This document shows, one piece after another, positions 19,781 through 32,170 of a stretch of 64,000 nt of DNA. The notes under the pieces were generated by a model. The model was not told where the DNA came from. It ran no database searches and saw only the letters and a list, made by a program, of their open reading frames with translations. Origin of the DNA: Wickerhamiella versatilis (Eukaryota); assembly GCA_030867685.1 (NCBI GenBank), contig JAQOWU010000008.1, forward strand, positions 3,162,001-3,226,000, in the 5' to 3' direction. Every line of letters starts with the position of its first letter. Within the stretch, counting starts at the first letter, position 1. A program made the position numbers and the translations under genes.

Positions 19781-20281
19781 ATGTCTGCATTCGATACCAG
19801 AATGTATGGGAGTACGGCTAGTCGCGAAATGAGCCGAATTGATTACCAGGTTCTTAGTGCGAATTACCAGGCGTTGAGGGAAGAGCTCGCAAGTATCTGG
19901 CAGCGCTATGAGGTACTATCTCAAAGCTACAACGAGCTAAAAGTGGAAAATAAGTCATTGAGGATGAAGAATGGCATGCCGGAGGTCGCTCCAACTGTGA
20001 TAGATCCTGTCGCACCTCTATGGGCCATACCCCAGACCATCACCCCTCGCCATTCCTTCGAATCTGGTGTCGAGGATGGGCCCAAGAAGTCTGTGAGATT
20101 CGAGGCGGATGTCCCAATTAAGCGCCCTTTGGATTTAGCTGCATTCCACGAGGCCTCAGATTCAACGGAACCGAGGAAACAACAACCCCCCAAGAAGCGC
20201 ACTAAAATTTGTGAACAGTGCGGTGAAGGCTTCCCAGACAACTGGAAATTGAACCGCCATATTACACGCAAACACAAGTAG
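19781..20281 (+). CDS. Hypothetical coiled-coil protein with C-terminal C2H2 finger
   Basis: Leucine-zipper-like segment, KKSVRF, and CEQCGEGF...LNRHITRKH. Confidence 0.65.
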   Translation: MSAFDTRMYGSTASREMSRIDYQVLSANYQALREELASIWQRYEVLSQSYNELKVENKSLRMKNGMPEVAPTVIDPVAPLWAIPQTITPRHSFESGVEDGPKKSVRFEADVPIKRPLDLAAFHEASDSTEPRKQQPPKKRTKICEQCGEGFPDNWKLNRHITRKHK

Positions 20282-20433
20282 CTTTTATATGTGTATAGTC
20301 GTGCTTAAAAAAAATTTAATATCTTTCTTCCTAGCAAGACATGCATTATAGTCGTCCTCGTCCTATGTACATTATTTTTAAAAAAAGACCCCAGGGCGGG
20401 TGGGTGACGTGGATAGGTACCAATATAAAATAA

Positions 20434-20832
20434 TTAGACAGCACGGGGTGCAAGCGTCACAATCCTGTTATACCCCTGGTCCTTGAGCTCCTTGGCCACT
20501 ACGCCGGTAACCCGGGAACCAATGACCTCACCACTGTTCTGGAGCAAGACACAGGCATTATCGTCGAACCGCACGATGGATCCATCTGGCCTCTGAGTCG
20601 GCTGCTTGGTTCTTACAACAACAGCGTGGCGAATATCGCCTTTGCGGAGTTTTTGGGCGGCAGCCTGCGCCGTCAAATTTTGTGGGATTGGACGAGCCTT
20701 CTTGACGACCACAACCATACGGTCACCGATCCTGGCACAGTTCTGCTGGCCCTTACGCAGTACCTTGATGCACTCGACTGTCTGCGCACCAGTATTATCC
20801 AGAACTTTTGCCAAGGATTTCAGATACAGCAT
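20434..20832 (-). CDS. MRPL38: Mitochondrial ribosomal protein uL14m
   Basis: KVLDNTGAQ..ECIKV, HAVVVRTK and RFDDNACVL. Confidence 0.93.
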   Translation of the reverse strand: MLYLKSLAKVLDNTGAQTVECIKVLRKGQQNCARIGDRMVVVVKKARPIPQNLTAQAAAQKLRKGDIRHAVVVRTKQPTQRPDGSIVRFDDNACVLLQNSGEVIGSRVTGVVAKELKDQGYNRIVTLAPRAV

Positions 20833-21287
20833 CAGTCTATTACTATTAGTAATAAAAATAGTACTCTAAATACTATTATTATACCACCAAGAGAGAGACA
20901 CACATACACACAGAGAGATAGAGAAACGGTATTGCCATGACGTTGAAAATTAAATATCTAGTACGCACCATAATACAGAATAGGGTCCTGGTATATTGAT
21001 TTTTACGTTTACTAAGTGATAACATAGCGTTATTTATGTCATGCAGTATATATATAGCTCGGCTCGGCAAAAACACGGTCCAAACAGTCTATAGTGCAAC
21101 ATAGCTTAGAAATGATAACTGATCCATTATTGGATTGAAACATTGTTAATGCAGCCTGCGGGTAAGACCGAGCTGCATTGCATTCGCTAGTCTTTCGGTA
21201 TGAGCTTACCACATCTGACTCGCGACTTCTATTATTAGTCAGTTGCATCACGCCTCCTTTCTTCACGGTCAGCTTTTGCATTCGTGA

Positions 21288-22199
21288 ATGTTAACGTATC
21301 TGCTGAGTTTGTGGATACTGGCAAGCGTGGCACTTGCTGATTATGCCGTTCAGGTTAATGATCCAGGTAAGTCGCGTTCTGCTAGCGATGATATTGAGAT
21401 ACAGTGGGAATGGTTACCCGGGATTAAAGAACCCGACGACCTGAAGTATGGCCAGTTCAAATTGTGCACTGTTTCAAGTGGAAATCTTAACTGTGGCCAG
21501 GATGGTCAGTATCTTGGTGCAAACATCACCATATCCGGCAAGCAAAGCTACACGGCAAATCTCGGTAAGATGAAAGACATAGCAAAAAATGGCTTGTTCA
21601 CGGTGCAGTTCTCAGCAAACAATGAGGATTATTCTGAACAGACTATTTTCTATGCTCAGCAATTTTTTACGATTAGTTCTGGAATGACGGGCTCGAAAGA
21701 TGCGAACGAGGGCTCGATCCCATCTGGAACTATGAAAGGAATAGGTGAAGCAAGTGTTAGCTGGTCAACTTACACGCTGCCACAATCGTTGTCATCTCTC
21801 CAATGGTCTGCAGGTGTCCCCCCGGATGCATATCTTATCGGATGGAAGATGCCCTATACGTGGCAGAAAGGCCCAACCCGGACGGCCCCATTCCAGTCTA
21901 CCCCCGGTACCAAGGTTACGGCTGTTTACACAGGTGGAAGGAACTCTAAACGCTTCCCAACATCGTCCTACACTCCATTCAAGTCTCTTTCTGTGTATAA
22001 GTACATGCAGCTTTCTACTGTGACGCCAAGTCCATCGTCCACGCAGTTTGTGACGATTAATTGGGTGTCAACAATTGCGACCACACCCTCGGGATACAAG
22101 CCCTCGAGGGTTATACCGAGCATTGCACCGCAAACATCCGCCACGGCATCGGGCTCAGGTGGTGGCAATTCCCGTCGGCGGCGGCGCTGGGTCGATTAG
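21288..22199 (+). CDS. KRE9: Beta-1,6-glucan biosynthesis protein, Kre9/Knh1 family
   Basis: Signal peptide; PYTWQKGPTRTAPFQSTPGTKVTA, RFPTSSYT; basic RRWVD end. Confidence 0.85.
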   Translation: MLTYLLSLWILASVALADYAVQVNDPGKSRSASDDIEIQWEWLPGIKEPDDLKYGQFKLCTVSSGNLNCGQDGQYLGANITISGKQSYTANLGKMKDIAKNGLFTVQFSANNEDYSEQTIFYAQQFFTISSGMTGSKDANEGSIPSGTMKGIGEASVSWSTYTLPQSLSSLQWSAGVPPDAYLIGWKMPYTWQKGPTRTAPFQSTPGTKVTAVYTGGRNSKRFPTSSYTPFKSLSVYKYMQLSTVTPSPSSTQFVTINWVSTIATTPSGYKPSRVIPSIAPQTSATASGSGGGNSRRRRRWVD

Positions 22200-22365
22200 G
22201 CCCAAAGAATCACCGACTTATATATTATATTGATGGACAGGCAGGTAGAGGTTTTTTGGAAAAATTTGGCAGGTTTTGTAAGTGCTGCTAGGACATCATG
22301 TAGACTATTAGTATAGCTTATTGTTAAACTTTTTTTGACACTATCTAAGGTGGACGTGCCTTTAT

Positions 22366-24147
22366 TTATTCTTCAGCGAGTACCGCCTCTGCATCCTCAA
22401 TATCCTGGGCGGCTGTATCGGAGTCTTCAGATCCGGATTCCGCCTCAGAATCAGACCGATTGGTCTCAGCGAGAAGGCGCGCCCGTTCCTCGCGAACCTT
22501 ACGGCGGGCTTCAGCAAGTTGACCCAATGGGGTCTTCTGCCAAGGAGTCTCCTTTAAGAATGCGGCGACCTGATCGGTGTCACCAGGACCGAATGTGACA
22601 TTACTTCGCTGCTTCATGATGAAGTCGCTATTCGCCTGTAACCTTTCGCTAACCATAGTTAGTTGCCGAGAGAGACCCGAGGGAATATTTGGCTTCCGCA
22701 CGACGCGGCGTAGTGTGATTGTAACTGGTGCAATGAGCTCGGGGAATGCAATGGATTTAGTGTGCAGGGCAAATACTTCTGCGATTATGTCCACTAACTC
22801 TTCCGTGACACAGTTCTGGTAGACTGCGGTATCAATGTATGTTTGCGGCACATGCAGAGTTGTATTAAAATCCACTTGCTTCAACGAGGACTTTTGGCCC
22901 TTGTGGCTAAACAGCGAGCTCCGAGGCACCTCGAGAATGATCGGGCTCAACGGTATGTAAACACCTGTGTGACGCGAAAGGCGCACCATACTCCGTACAA
23001 TATAGAACCGCAGAGGGAACCATACTGGGGAGGGGATAAGCGTTGCAGTACGAAGGCTCACCTGGACAAGGGGGTGGATGAGCTGCTGCATCGGGCCACG
23101 GCCCATTTCCGCAGCCACTGAGATCACTCTACTGAAGAAGTCAAGCATTTGAACGAATTGCCATTGATATACAACCTGTTGATCATAGCCAGGGTTGCGC
23201 ACTTTGTCCAATGAAGTCTTAAGGTGCATGGCCAGGGTCCGCAGTTGCTGGAAGGCCTGCTGATAACCCCGCTTCTCGTCCACAGAGTATAGCTGGGAAA
23301 ACAGGTTTTTGGCGAGGTTTACACTCTCAATGGTGTGAGCATTTGTCCTTCCACTGAGCCGGACAAGTGCCTCGTAACCGTATTTCAGGACAGGATCCGC
23401 CAAGGCACCTGGGTGATTGAGCACAGCATCTCGAATGACACTAAACGCACTGAGCTTGGCCTCATCAGAGGCTGAATCATTCGCGAAGATCGAAACCAGA
23501 GATCTGACGAGTTCCTTAAGTGCCTTCCGAAAAGTCAGGAAATACGGGATTGACCGCGAAGTAGCAGCTAGCAATGCTGGTAAGCGCTCTGAAGTCCCGT
23601 TCTTTATAAACTCAGCCAACTTGGAACAGAACTGCTTCAATACCGTGGACAATTCGCCTGCTCGCTTGGATTGAGGTGGTGCGAGTCTGCGAAGCGCCTG
23701 CGGCACGCCACTCAGACATATCCTGGCAACCTCACTGAAAACCTTAGGATCCTTCACATGATCATCATCAACAAATGCCTTGATAAGTGTCTTGACAGGC
23801 TTGACGCTCTTGTCCAGTTGGCTTTCCAGCTGATGAAGGGTTTCCATGGTCAATTTACTCTCTGTCTCCTCCTCCTGCCCCTCGAGATATTCACGCTCAG
23901 CCTCTTCAGCTTCTTCAGAGTCATTATCTTCTTCGGAGTCCGAGAGATATTTCTCGAATTCCGGCTGGTCAAAAGCATCCTGTGCAGGAGCATCGAAAGA
24001 TTCTTTTTTCTGCTCGCCTTCAGGGTTTACACTTTTGGGTTTACGGTTTGCAACATAACCAGCATGCTTTTTATGCTTCTTAGAAGCATCAATCTTCTCT
24101 GGCAAGTGCTTCTGGCGGAACTTCTTCGCTTTTTTCACCTTTCCCAT
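22366..24147 (-). CDS. NOC2: Nucleolar complex protein Noc2
   Basis: MGKVKKAKKF start; VYQWQF, FPLRFY and SIAFPEL motifs. Confidence 0.92.
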   Translation of the reverse strand: MGKVKKAKKFRQKHLPEKIDASKKHKKHAGYVANRKPKSVNPEGEQKKESFDAPAQDAFDQPEFEKYLSDSEEDNDSEEAEEAEREYLEGQEEETESKLTMETLHQLESQLDKSVKPVKTLIKAFVDDDHVKDPKVFSEVARICLSGVPQALRRLAPPQSKRAGELSTVLKQFCSKLAEFIKNGTSERLPALLAATSRSIPYFLTFRKALKELVRSLVSIFANDSASDEAKLSAFSVIRDAVLNHPGALADPVLKYGYEALVRLSGRTNAHTIESVNLAKNLFSQLYSVDEKRGYQQAFQQLRTLAMHLKTSLDKVRNPGYDQQVVYQWQFVQMLDFFSRVISVAAEMGRGPMQQLIHPLVQVSLRTATLIPSPVWFPLRFYIVRSMVRLSRHTGVYIPLSPIILEVPRSSLFSHKGQKSSLKQVDFNTTLHVPQTYIDTAVYQNCVTEELVDIIAEVFALHTKSIAFPELIAPVTITLRRVVRKPNIPSGLSRQLTMVSERLQANSDFIMKQRSNVTFGPGDTDQVAAFLKETPWQKTPLGQLAEARRKVREERARLLAETNRSDSEAESGSEDSDTAAQDIEDAEAVLAEE

Positions 24148-24216
24148 CTTAAGTTCTGAGCGAGAAAAATTACGTAATACCACTTGGTCTTTCTCGTGTG
24201 CCAAAAGCCAACAGAA

Positions 24217-24612
24217 ATGAGTGAGGAAGGCATAAACTCACCGCCATTGGAGCCATCGCATGAGTTGTCTTCTCCACGGGTGAACCCAGATAGTGAAAAC
24301 TTCCAAATAACGCCTGCAAAGACGCGATCTGTCTCGTCGCGTGCACGAGCTTCCATGTCTCCTCAGCAGCGTACGCCGTCTCTTCAAGATAAGCCTATTC
24401 CTATTCTTAGCCCGCCACCAAATGGATCAAGCGGTGAAGCCCCTCGTAAGGTTTCGAAATCACAGCAACACTTCTCAGGAACCCCTGTCCGCAGCACCAG
24501 CTCCTCTAGCAGCGGGGGTATCCATAAACCGCCACGTGTGAGGCGCAGGTCGCCATCGCCACCACCAGAGACAGTAGGGAATAGTGAGCCTCAGTCTCCA
24601 AGAAAGAAATAG
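24217..24612 (+). CDS. Hypothetical disordered Ser/Pro-rich protein (131 aa)
   Basis: ATG-initiated ORF filling the NOC2-RET1 gap; many SP/TP sites. Confidence 0.6.
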   Translation: MSEEGINSPPLEPSHELSSPRVNPDSENFQITPAKTRSVSSRARASMSPQQRTPSLQDKPIPILSPPPNGSSGEAPRKVSKSQQHFSGTPVRSTSSSSSGGIHKPPRVRRRSPSPPPETVGNSEPQSPRKK

Positions 24613-24868
24613 AATTGCGAAGTCGACATATTGCCCTGCGTCTATCTCTCTTACTATTTATGTTATTATTGTTTTTTACACCAACGTAGCCACTATTATG
24701 CTGTTGTTCATATGAGAGGGAAAGCTTTTAGGCTTCTGATGATCTTACACAAATTTGGCAAGTATGGCCCATCTTTATGGGAGGTATCCCTGAACCCTTT
24801 GCTCGCGTGTTTCAACAAGATGTACAAGTAATATTTATTTAAGTGCTGCTAAATTCTTTTTTTTAAGT

Positions 24869-27800
24869 CTACTTGGTTCCATAATCAGCCTTGAAATAAT
24901 CGCTCAATTCCAAACGAGGGGCTATGTTCATAGCCATAAGCTCTTGAAACAGCAACTTGGCAGCGTATGGTAGTTTCATGGTTTCAAGATATTCACTCGA
25001 TTCGCATATATTACACCAGTCACACGCACCAAGCAAGCCACACTTTGAGCATACCTCGACATCAAAGACATCAGAAGAAAGCATTAAACGCTCAAGCAAT
25101 AATTGGGATGCACCATATGCAACCACACAGTCACGTTCCATCTCTCCAAGACGCAGACCACCATCGCGAGAACGTCCCTCTGTCGGTTGACGGGTCAAGA
25201 CCGCTCTTGGACCACGAGGCCTTGCATGCATTTTGTCCATAACCATATGTTTCAACTTTTGATAGTATATCGGACCGAAGAAGATATAGGCTTCGAGAGG
25301 TTCACCTGTGATTCCCGAGTAAAGGGAATCCTTTCCTGAGTAGTTGTAACCATGTTTGACAAGCAACTCTGACATTTCTGATAGCTTTGAGCCTCCAAAG
25401 CATGTTCCGTATTGCAACGAACCATCCAGGACGCCAGCCTTTCCAGAAACAAGCTCGATCATCTTGCCTACTGTCATTCGAGAAGGGAAGCCATGAGGAT
25501 TCATGATAATGTCCGGACAAATACCTTGATCATCAAATGGAAGATCCTCCTGCTGAACAATGATTCCGCAAACACCCTTTTGCCCATGGCGCGAACTAAA
25601 CTTGTCGCCGATTTCTGGCCGTCGTGTTTGCCTCAACAATACTTTAAGGAGTGGCTGGTCTTTTTCATTTGAGGATAACAAAACCTTATCGATATAGCTG
25701 GGCTCTGGACCCTTGTAACTGAGTGGTGTCTCGCGATACTCGACAACACCATCTTGCTGCGGCTGCTGGCCAAGAATCCGCGATTCTTCGGCATTTATAG
25801 GTACAGCCTTATTTATATACACTTGACCATTGTCAACCTTGGCACCAACCTCTGCCAAGCCGTCAGGTCCTACGGCAGCATGAGGGTAGATAGGTTCTTT
25901 TGTACGATTATCATATTTGATTCCTTCGAGTCGGTCAGAGGTATGATTGGAGTACTGCTTCAATATCGATGTAGCCTTACGCATAACCTGGCAGCGCCCA
26001 AAGCCTCGGTCAATGGATGATTTATTTATAACCAATGCATCCTCGATATCGTATCCACTGTAAGACATCACCGCAACCATGGCATTTTGACCTGCAGGAA
26101 GCTTGTCGTAGTCGATAAGTTCAATTGTTTTTGTTTTAACCATAGGTTGCTGTGGATAGACCATCAAGTACAATAGGGTGTCGATTCTATTGAATTGGTT
26201 ATAACCAATGGCACCTATGGCCTGCTTACCCATAGCACACTGATAAGTGTTTCTTGGTGATTGATTGTGATGTGGGTATGGAATAAGACCAGCAACAGCG
26301 CCCAGGATAGTAAAGGGTTCGATTTCAAGATGCGTATGCTCCGGGGTTATGTTGTGTTCGTAGAGTGCAATGTAGCTATCATTCTCTTCATTACAGTCAA
26401 GATATTCCACAAGACCCTGATGCAAAAAGTCATCAAAGCCCATATCGCCATTCTTCAAGGCTCGTAGATGCTCTGGTGTGACTAGAGACCGTCCTTTTTC
26501 TACAATGATTATAGGACGGCAAATACGGCCACCATCTGTTGCGATTTGAATCGCTGATTGCCTTTCATTGCAGTATATTGAAATGAACTCCGAAACATGA
26601 CCAGTTCGGCGTAGGTGACGGAATCCTCGAACAAATTTACCGGTGAATCTCGTTATTCCTATAGGGGAGCCGTTGAGATAGATCGCGAAGACTTGGGGCG
26701 CATGGAACGTGGTTGCATCCACGAGCGCGATTGGCTCCATTCCTAACGCCAAACAAACCCGTACTACAGGTTCTTCTTCCACGTCCGTTGTTATATGGGT
26801 CATTAGGGCAAGATTTTTGACGAGGCCACAAGCCTCACCTTCAGGAGTGTCAGATAAGCAAAGCATGCCATATTGAGAGGGCTGGAGTGCACGAGGCCCA
26901 CTTACCTTCCGAGACTTTTCAAACTGTGAAGAAATCCGTGTCATCATTCCGAGTGCGGAAATATACGACAGTCTCGAAAGCACGTGTGTAACACCCGCAC
27001 GGTCCATCTTGAATCGTTTAAGACTCCAATTGCCTGTCGATATCGCTCTGTTTATGCCATTTGTGATATGAGCCCCGCCAAAATTCATGCTAAATAGAGC
27101 GTCAAATGCATTAGTTCGATTAGGCTTGCGTAAACTTTTGTCGATAGATTGCCGGAATTGAGAATTAAATGTCTTAAAGAGATCCTCGAAAAGAAGAGAC
27201 ATCAGCTGGCCGGCCAATTCTAACCGCTTATTTCCCACATAGTCCCGATCGTCGACTTGTTTTGGATCCGCGATTCCTGCGACTACCCTTCGTGCCATCA
27301 GGGCCAGATAAAGAGCTTTTTCACGAAAATCAGCCTGGTCAGAGCCAACGGGAATATGAGCAACTATAGTTGTGGCGAGTGCTTCAAGGCCTTCCTCAGC
27401 GACACTAAGGCGTGGCGCATGGAAGCTACGGTTGGTGCGAACCTTTGAGCCGAGAAATTCGAGAGCTTGCTGCTGCGTGCTAATTCCCAAACGTGCACAT
27501 TCTTCAATGTTCACTGCAAAGATGTCCTGATAGGTTGGATCTGACCCACAGACAAGCTCCAGAATCTCATAATCTGTAGCCACGCCAGCTGCTTTCAGAA
27601 TGACTACGATCGGGATGTCTTCTGACACAGAGTTATGCTTAAGATAAATGCAACCATTGCGAGATACGACATATGTTTTTGACTTCCTTTCATGCGTAGA
27701 ACTGGTGACAGAGGCTTGGACAATACCCTTAGACTCATCTGCCTCCAGTAAAATACGATTCTTTGACAGCTGCTCTTGTACTAAAATAACTTTTTCCGTA

Positions 27801-28321
27801 CCATTAACGATAAAATACCCACCTGGATCCAAGGGACACTCATCCATTTTAGCCATTTCGGCATTTGACTTGCCGGTAAGAATACACTTGGAGCTTCGCA
27901 GCATGATAGGCATGCGCCCGATCTCCAGATTACGACTGACCACTGCCTGCCTGCCACGGGTATATTCGACATCAACCAGGATGGGTGCTGCGTATGTGAG
28001 GTCACGTAGTCTACATTCATGAGGGGTGATAGACTGTGTGAAAGAATTTACATCCTGGCGCTGAGGCTGGCCAATACGGATGTCAAGATATTTGAAGTAA
28101 AAATCTGGGTCCACATCACTCAGAATAAGCTCGTTTGCCTTCACAATTTTCTTTATATCTGTTTCGACAAAAAAATTGAAACTATCGAGATGCTGCTTCA
28201 CGAGACCTTTCACCTTCAGGAAGGCCGGCAGCAGATTCCATTTGTCCTGAGCTGTACTCACTGGATCTGATAGCGACTTCCCCTTATAATTGGCCTGACA
28301 CAGCTCCTCAAATGATCCCAT
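24869..28321 (-). CDS. RET1: RNA polymerase III second-largest subunit
   Basis: [35 protein letters not shown] and [12 protein letters not shown]. An upstream in-frame ATG at 28381 is also possible. Confidence 0.97.
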   Translation of the reverse strand: MGSFEELCQANYKGKSLSDPVSTAQDKWNLLPAFLKVKGLVKQHLDSFNFFVETDIKKIVKANELILSDVDPDFYFKYLDIRIGQPQRQDVNSFTQSITPHECRLRDLTYAAPILVDVEYTRGRQAVVSRNLEIGRMPIMLRSSKCILTGKSNAEMAKMDECPLDPGGYFIVNGTEKVILVQEQLSKNRILLEADESKGIVQASVTSSTHERKSKTYVVSRNGCIYLKHNSVSEDIPIVVILKAAGVATDYEILELVCGSDPTYQDIFAVNIEECARLGISTQQQALEFLGSKVRTNRSFHAPRLSVAEEGLEALATTIVAHIPVGSDQADFREKALYLALMARRVVAGIADPKQVDDRDYVGNKRLELAGQLMSLLFEDLFKTFNSQFRQSIDKSLRKPNRTNAFDALFSMNFGGAHITNGINRAISTGNWSLKRFKMDRAGVTHVLSRLSYISALGMMTRISSQFEKSRKVSGPRALQPSQYGMLCLSDTPEGEACGLVKNLALMTHITTDVEEEPVVRVCLALGMEPIALVDATTFHAPQVFAIYLNGSPIGITRFTGKFVRGFRHLRRTGHVSEFISIYCNERQSAIQIATDGGRICRPIIIVEKGRSLVTPEHLRALKNGDMGFDDFLHQGLVEYLDCNEENDSYIALYEHNITPEHTHLEIEPFTILGAVAGLIPYPHHNQSPRNTYQCAMGKQAIGAIGYNQFNRIDTLLYLMVYPQQPMVKTKTIELIDYDKLPAGQNAMVAVMSYSGYDIEDALVINKSSIDRGFGRCQVMRKATSILKQYSNHTSDRLEGIKYDNRTKEPIYPHAAVGPDGLAEVGAKVDNGQVYINKAVPINAEESRILGQQPQQDGVVEYRETPLSYKGPEPSYIDKVLLSSNEKDQPLLKVLLRQTRRPEIGDKFSSRHGQKGVCGIIVQQEDLPFDDQGICPDIIMNPHGFPSRMTVGKMIELVSGKAGVLDGSLQYGTCFGGSKLSEMSELLVKHGYNYSGKDSLYSGITGEPLEAYIFFGPIYYQKLKHMVMDKMHARPRGPRAVLTRQPTEGRSRDGGLRLGEMERDCVVAYGASQLLLERLMLSSDVFDVEVCSKCGLLGACDWCNICESSEYLETMKLPYAAKLLFQELMAMNIAPRLELSDYFKADYGTK

Positions 28322-28664
28322 CTTTGGCACCTCACGGTCCCGAAGGTAAGAAAATTTGTAATCAACTAATTCAGAGAGCATACTTCCAAATTCTACTGTT
28401 ACTGAAATAATTTTAAAGATAAAAGTATAAATTGGTGATATAATAGTAAAGTGAGATATACAGAATAATTACTTTCCTTGGCTATGGCTCTTTTCCTCTC
28501 GCTGTCATAGTGAACACCATTATAATCAATCTAAAGAGCATAATTTTGGTCTTTTAAGGCCACACATGTCCTATAGTCGGTACAGAAATCATATTCATTT
28601 TGATGGCAGTATGGCATGATCTTACCTAGGCTGGAATTGACGTTGGAACACGCGAAGCTGACAC

Positions 28665-29555
28665 ATGGGGAGCACTGCGGAGTTCAATAAGGCTTCCGAG
28701 GCAGCAGCGTACGTTCAAAAGCGGTATGGAAAGACAATCCCAACTGTGGCAGTTATCTGTGGCAGTGGGCTTGGTGGGTTTGTCGATAGTCTAGATCCTG
28801 GCGCATGTGAGATCCCCAATAACGAGGTACCACACCTAGCGCAATCAACTGTGGCAGGCCATGCTGGGAAGCTTGTTATTGGAAGCTTGAATAACGGCGC
28901 TGCTTCGATAATTTGTCTTGCGGGTCGTTTGCATACATATGAGGGCCACCCAATTGCGGATACTGTGTTTCCAGTGCGGTTATTTAAGTTGCTCGGTGTT
29001 ACAAAACTGGTGGTTACGAATGCGGCCGGAGGTATCAACCCAGAATACGAAGCAGGGGATTTGATGGTTATATCGGATCATATAAACTTGCCTGGAATGA
29101 CTGGAATGAATCCATTGGCAGGACCGAATGACCCGGAATGGGGTGGCTCGCGCTTTGTGGCCATGAACCAGGCATATTCACACAGCCTGCGTCACAAATT
29201 TTTCAGAATAGTGGATTCAGAGAAATTGAATCGTGATGTCCACGAAGGTGTGTACTGTTATCTCACCGGACCCAATTTCGAGACTGGTGCAGAGGTTAGG
29301 CTACTTGCAACACTTGGTGCAGATGCTGTGGGGATGAGTACTGTGCCTGAGGTGGTAGTTGCCCGCCACCTGGGAATTGAAGTCCTCGGTCTGTCCCTCA
29401 TCACCAATAAGGCAGTTTTTCGACGCCCCCGTTCAGGTAGACAGGAACCCCGCGAATATGGAGACGAGCCTGACCATGAACATGTTATTGCCGAGGGTAA
29501 GAGCGCTGCAGACGATGTGCAAAAGCTAATAACTAGATTCATCGTGTCTGTGTAG
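28665..29555 (+). CDS. PNP1: Purine nucleoside phosphorylase
   Basis: ICGSGLG, GRLHTYEG, VTNAAGG and GADAVGMSTVPE. Confidence 0.95.
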   Translation: MGSTAEFNKASEAAAYVQKRYGKTIPTVAVICGSGLGGFVDSLDPGACEIPNNEVPHLAQSTVAGHAGKLVIGSLNNGAASIICLAGRLHTYEGHPIADTVFPVRLFKLLGVTKLVVTNAAGGINPEYEAGDLMVISDHINLPGMTGMNPLAGPNDPEWGGSRFVAMNQAYSHSLRHKFFRIVDSEKLNRDVHEGVYCYLTGPNFETGAEVRLLATLGADAVGMSTVPEVVVARHLGIEVLGLSLITNKAVFRRPRSGRQEPREYGDEPDHEHVIAEGKSAADDVQKLITRFIVSV

Positions 29556-29761
29556 ATCATTAGTGCGCGGATGTGCAGATTTCCAACTGGCTGTCTTGCA
29601 ATCGGGAATATATAGATACGACAACCAGGGATTTAATGCGCCAAAAAAATGTGGACGCCTGCTTTTGTATCTTCTTTAGAGAACTGATTTGAATTTCTTT
29701 TACGCCTACAGAGGTATTGTTTTAAGATATGTATCAATAGGTGCTTCCATAATGATAAAAT

Positions 29762-30622
29762 TTACTCCTGGACCTCCCCAGCGGACTCCCAATCTCCATC
29801 CAAAGTCTCCTTCCACAAAGATACTTTATTATCACCTCCAGAAACTGCAAGAATATTGCCGCTGAGCGACCAAGACACACGCCAAACCACATCAGGGAAC
29901 TTTTCCTTTCGGAGAAGCCGCTTATGCCATTCTCCTTGTACGCCCTGCTGGGTCCAAATAATAACAGTTTTGTCTTGAGAGCCGGATGCTACATAGCTCT
30001 TTGACAACAATGACGGAGACCATGCAACGTCGCGCACCCAATCAGTGTGGCCTTCCAAGGTAGCTTCGTTAACCCACTTGTCGCCTTGACGCTTCCAAAT
30101 TTTCACCAGATTGTCGCTACCGCCCGAAACAAACCGTTGATCAGAGTTCGGCAGGGCTGGCGCCCAATTTGCAGAGTTTACGCCAATCTGGTGGGTCGGG
30201 ATCAACTCACTTGACAAAGTGTTGTCCTCATGAAGTTCAACTATGCTCACAGAGCCATCGCTAGAGGCACACAAGGCCTTGCAGCCGTACTCCACAGGAG
30301 CCCACTGCACGCTATTAACAGATGCTTGATGCTCCGCATGCACAGCAACTGCAGGCCAGCTACCGTTCTCTTCGCGCCAAAATATGACAGATCCATCATA
30401 AGAGCATGACGCCAAAAGTCCTCCAAACTTAGGGTGTGCCCAGCTGAGCTGCCATACCGGTCCCTGGTGGCCACGCAGCGTGTCAATGAGTTTATGGGAA
30501 TCGCCATCAATATCGAACAATTTAATGGAGCGATCTGACGAACAGGTTCCTAGCCTTTTACCATAATAGTCAAGCTCTGCATCGTGGATCAGGTCCGCGT
30601 GGACGTTGTCAATAGTGACCAT
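29762..30622 (-). CDS. SEC13: COPII/NPC WD40 protein Sec13
   Basis: [20 protein letters not shown] and [10 protein letters not shown]. Confidence 0.97.
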   Translation of the reverse strand: MVTIDNVHADLIHDAELDYYGKRLGTCSSDRSIKLFDIDGDSHKLIDTLRGHQGPVWQLSWAHPKFGGLLASCSYDGSVIFWREENGSWPAVAVHAEHQASVNSVQWAPVEYGCKALCASSDGSVSIVELHEDNTLSSELIPTHQIGVNSANWAPALPNSDQRFVSGGSDNLVKIWKRQGDKWVNEATLEGHTDWVRDVAWSPSLLSKSYVASGSQDKTVIIWTQQGVQGEWHKRLLRKEKFPDVVWRVSWSLSGNILAVSGGDNKVSLWKETLDGDWESAGEVQE

Positions 30623-30672
30623 GGTGGCTTGGTTACGTAAGTCAAGCCGGTTAGCGAAGGGAAAGGTATGGG

Positions 30673-32010
30673 ATGGTGACTTCTATTGCTGAGTATTTGG
30701 AGAGCTTGCCTGAGCCAGTTCTAGCAAGGCTTTTTCGGTCTCCTGCATCTTGTCTGGCTATCCTGAGACTTCTGCCATCATTTGCCAAGGTGTTAGTATT
30801 GCAAATGGTATTTCTGGACGAGCCTGTACCACTTAAACGCATACACGCCATGGTTAAACCATCATGGGAGAGAAAAGAGGTGGAGGCTTTACAGAAATTA
30901 AGGCATCTCCACCTAATTCGTGAACGCTATGCCCAGGGAACTATAACACTCACCCCTACATTCAGCCGTTCACTACGGTGTGCATTGACTAGTGGGGAGC
31001 CTAACAAGGCATTTGGTATTTTGAGTGAGCAATTTGTCGAGGCCACTCAAGATCTTGCGAGCTGGTCTCGCACACGATGGGAGCAAATGTTGCACTATAT
31101 GGTCGGCTCCACCCAGGGCTCGTTCACCCCAAAAATCAGCCGTGGGGTTCTGGACCTGCTGCAAAAGTCTGGATTAATGGCAGGAGCAACTTTAGACCGC
31201 ATGCATATCACAGCAGAGGGGTTCCAATTTTTGTTGCAGAATAAGAGAACTCAGGTATGGACACTTCTGCTCCATTATCTGAATGCATCGGTAAATTTAC
31301 AACTTGATCCTGTCGATATTCTCGACTTCATTTTCACCTTGGGGTCACTCGAACTTTTTAGAGCATATTCGATTTCCCATCTTGGTGCGCCGCAAATAAG
31401 AATGCTTGAAAACCTCGCAGATCTTGGGTTTGTCTATGTGAACAAAGATCAAGAATTATTTTATCCTTTGGCTGCAGCATTAAGTGCAGATGCAGTGCAA
31501 GAGTCCTCTGAAAATGATCAAGGCTTCATTATTTTGGAAACTAACTACCGGTTGTATGCATATACCAACTCCCCATTGCACCTCAGTATAATTGCGCTCT
31601 TCTGCCACCTCCGTGCGCGGTTCAACAATATGGTTATAGGTCATCTCACTCGCAAGGCTGTGCGTAGAGCCCTCAGTCTGGGGATCCATGCGGACCAATT
31701 GGTAGAATACCTTACGCATAATGCACACCCAGAAATGCGAAGAAATAAGGAGATTGGAGATTCTATATTACCGCCAACTATCTCAGACCAAATAAAATTA
31801 TGGCAGCTTGAAATGGATCGGCTCAAAGCCAACGAGGGCTTTCTCTTTCGCGACTTCCATGGCGTTCAAGAATACAATCTTGTTGCGAACTACGCTTCTG
31901 ATATGGGCGCTCTTCTATGGCGCTCAGATCAAAGACGCATGTTTTTTGTGGACAGAGGTTCGTCGGATCAAGTGCTAGATTTTATCAACCGGAAGAAAAT
32001 GCAGGGGTAA
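30673..32010 (+). CDS. TFB2: TFIIH subunit Tfb2/p52
   Basis: [23 protein letters not shown] and [15 protein letters not shown]. Confidence 0.95.
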   Translation: MVTSIAEYLESLPEPVLARLFRSPASCLAILRLLPSFAKVLVLQMVFLDEPVPLKRIHAMVKPSWERKEVEALQKLRHLHLIRERYAQGTITLTPTFSRSLRCALTSGEPNKAFGILSEQFVEATQDLASWSRTRWEQMLHYMVGSTQGSFTPKISRGVLDLLQKSGLMAGATLDRMHITAEGFQFLLQNKRTQVWTLLLHYLNASVNLQLDPVDILDFIFTLGSLELFRAYSISHLGAPQIRMLENLADLGFVYVNKDQELFYPLAAALSADAVQESSENDQGFIILETNYRLYAYTNSPLHLSIIALFCHLRARFNNMVIGHLTRKAVRRALSLGIHADQLVEYLTHNAHPEMRRNKEIGDSILPPTISDQIKLWQLEMDRLKANEGFLFRDFHGVQEYNLVANYASDMGALLWRSDQRRMFFVDRGSSDQVLDFINRKKMQG

Positions 32011-32170
32011 AGTGTACAGCATGGCATTTCGAACCAAAGGAAAAAACGAAGCTTAAAAGCAATTAATTAGAAAATCAATAAACTAATAGAAAGCTCAGCT
32101 TTCACGAAGTGTTTTGTAATTATCTGCTTGCCAAACACCTATCTGCGTTCCTGAGTACCTAAGCAAAATA

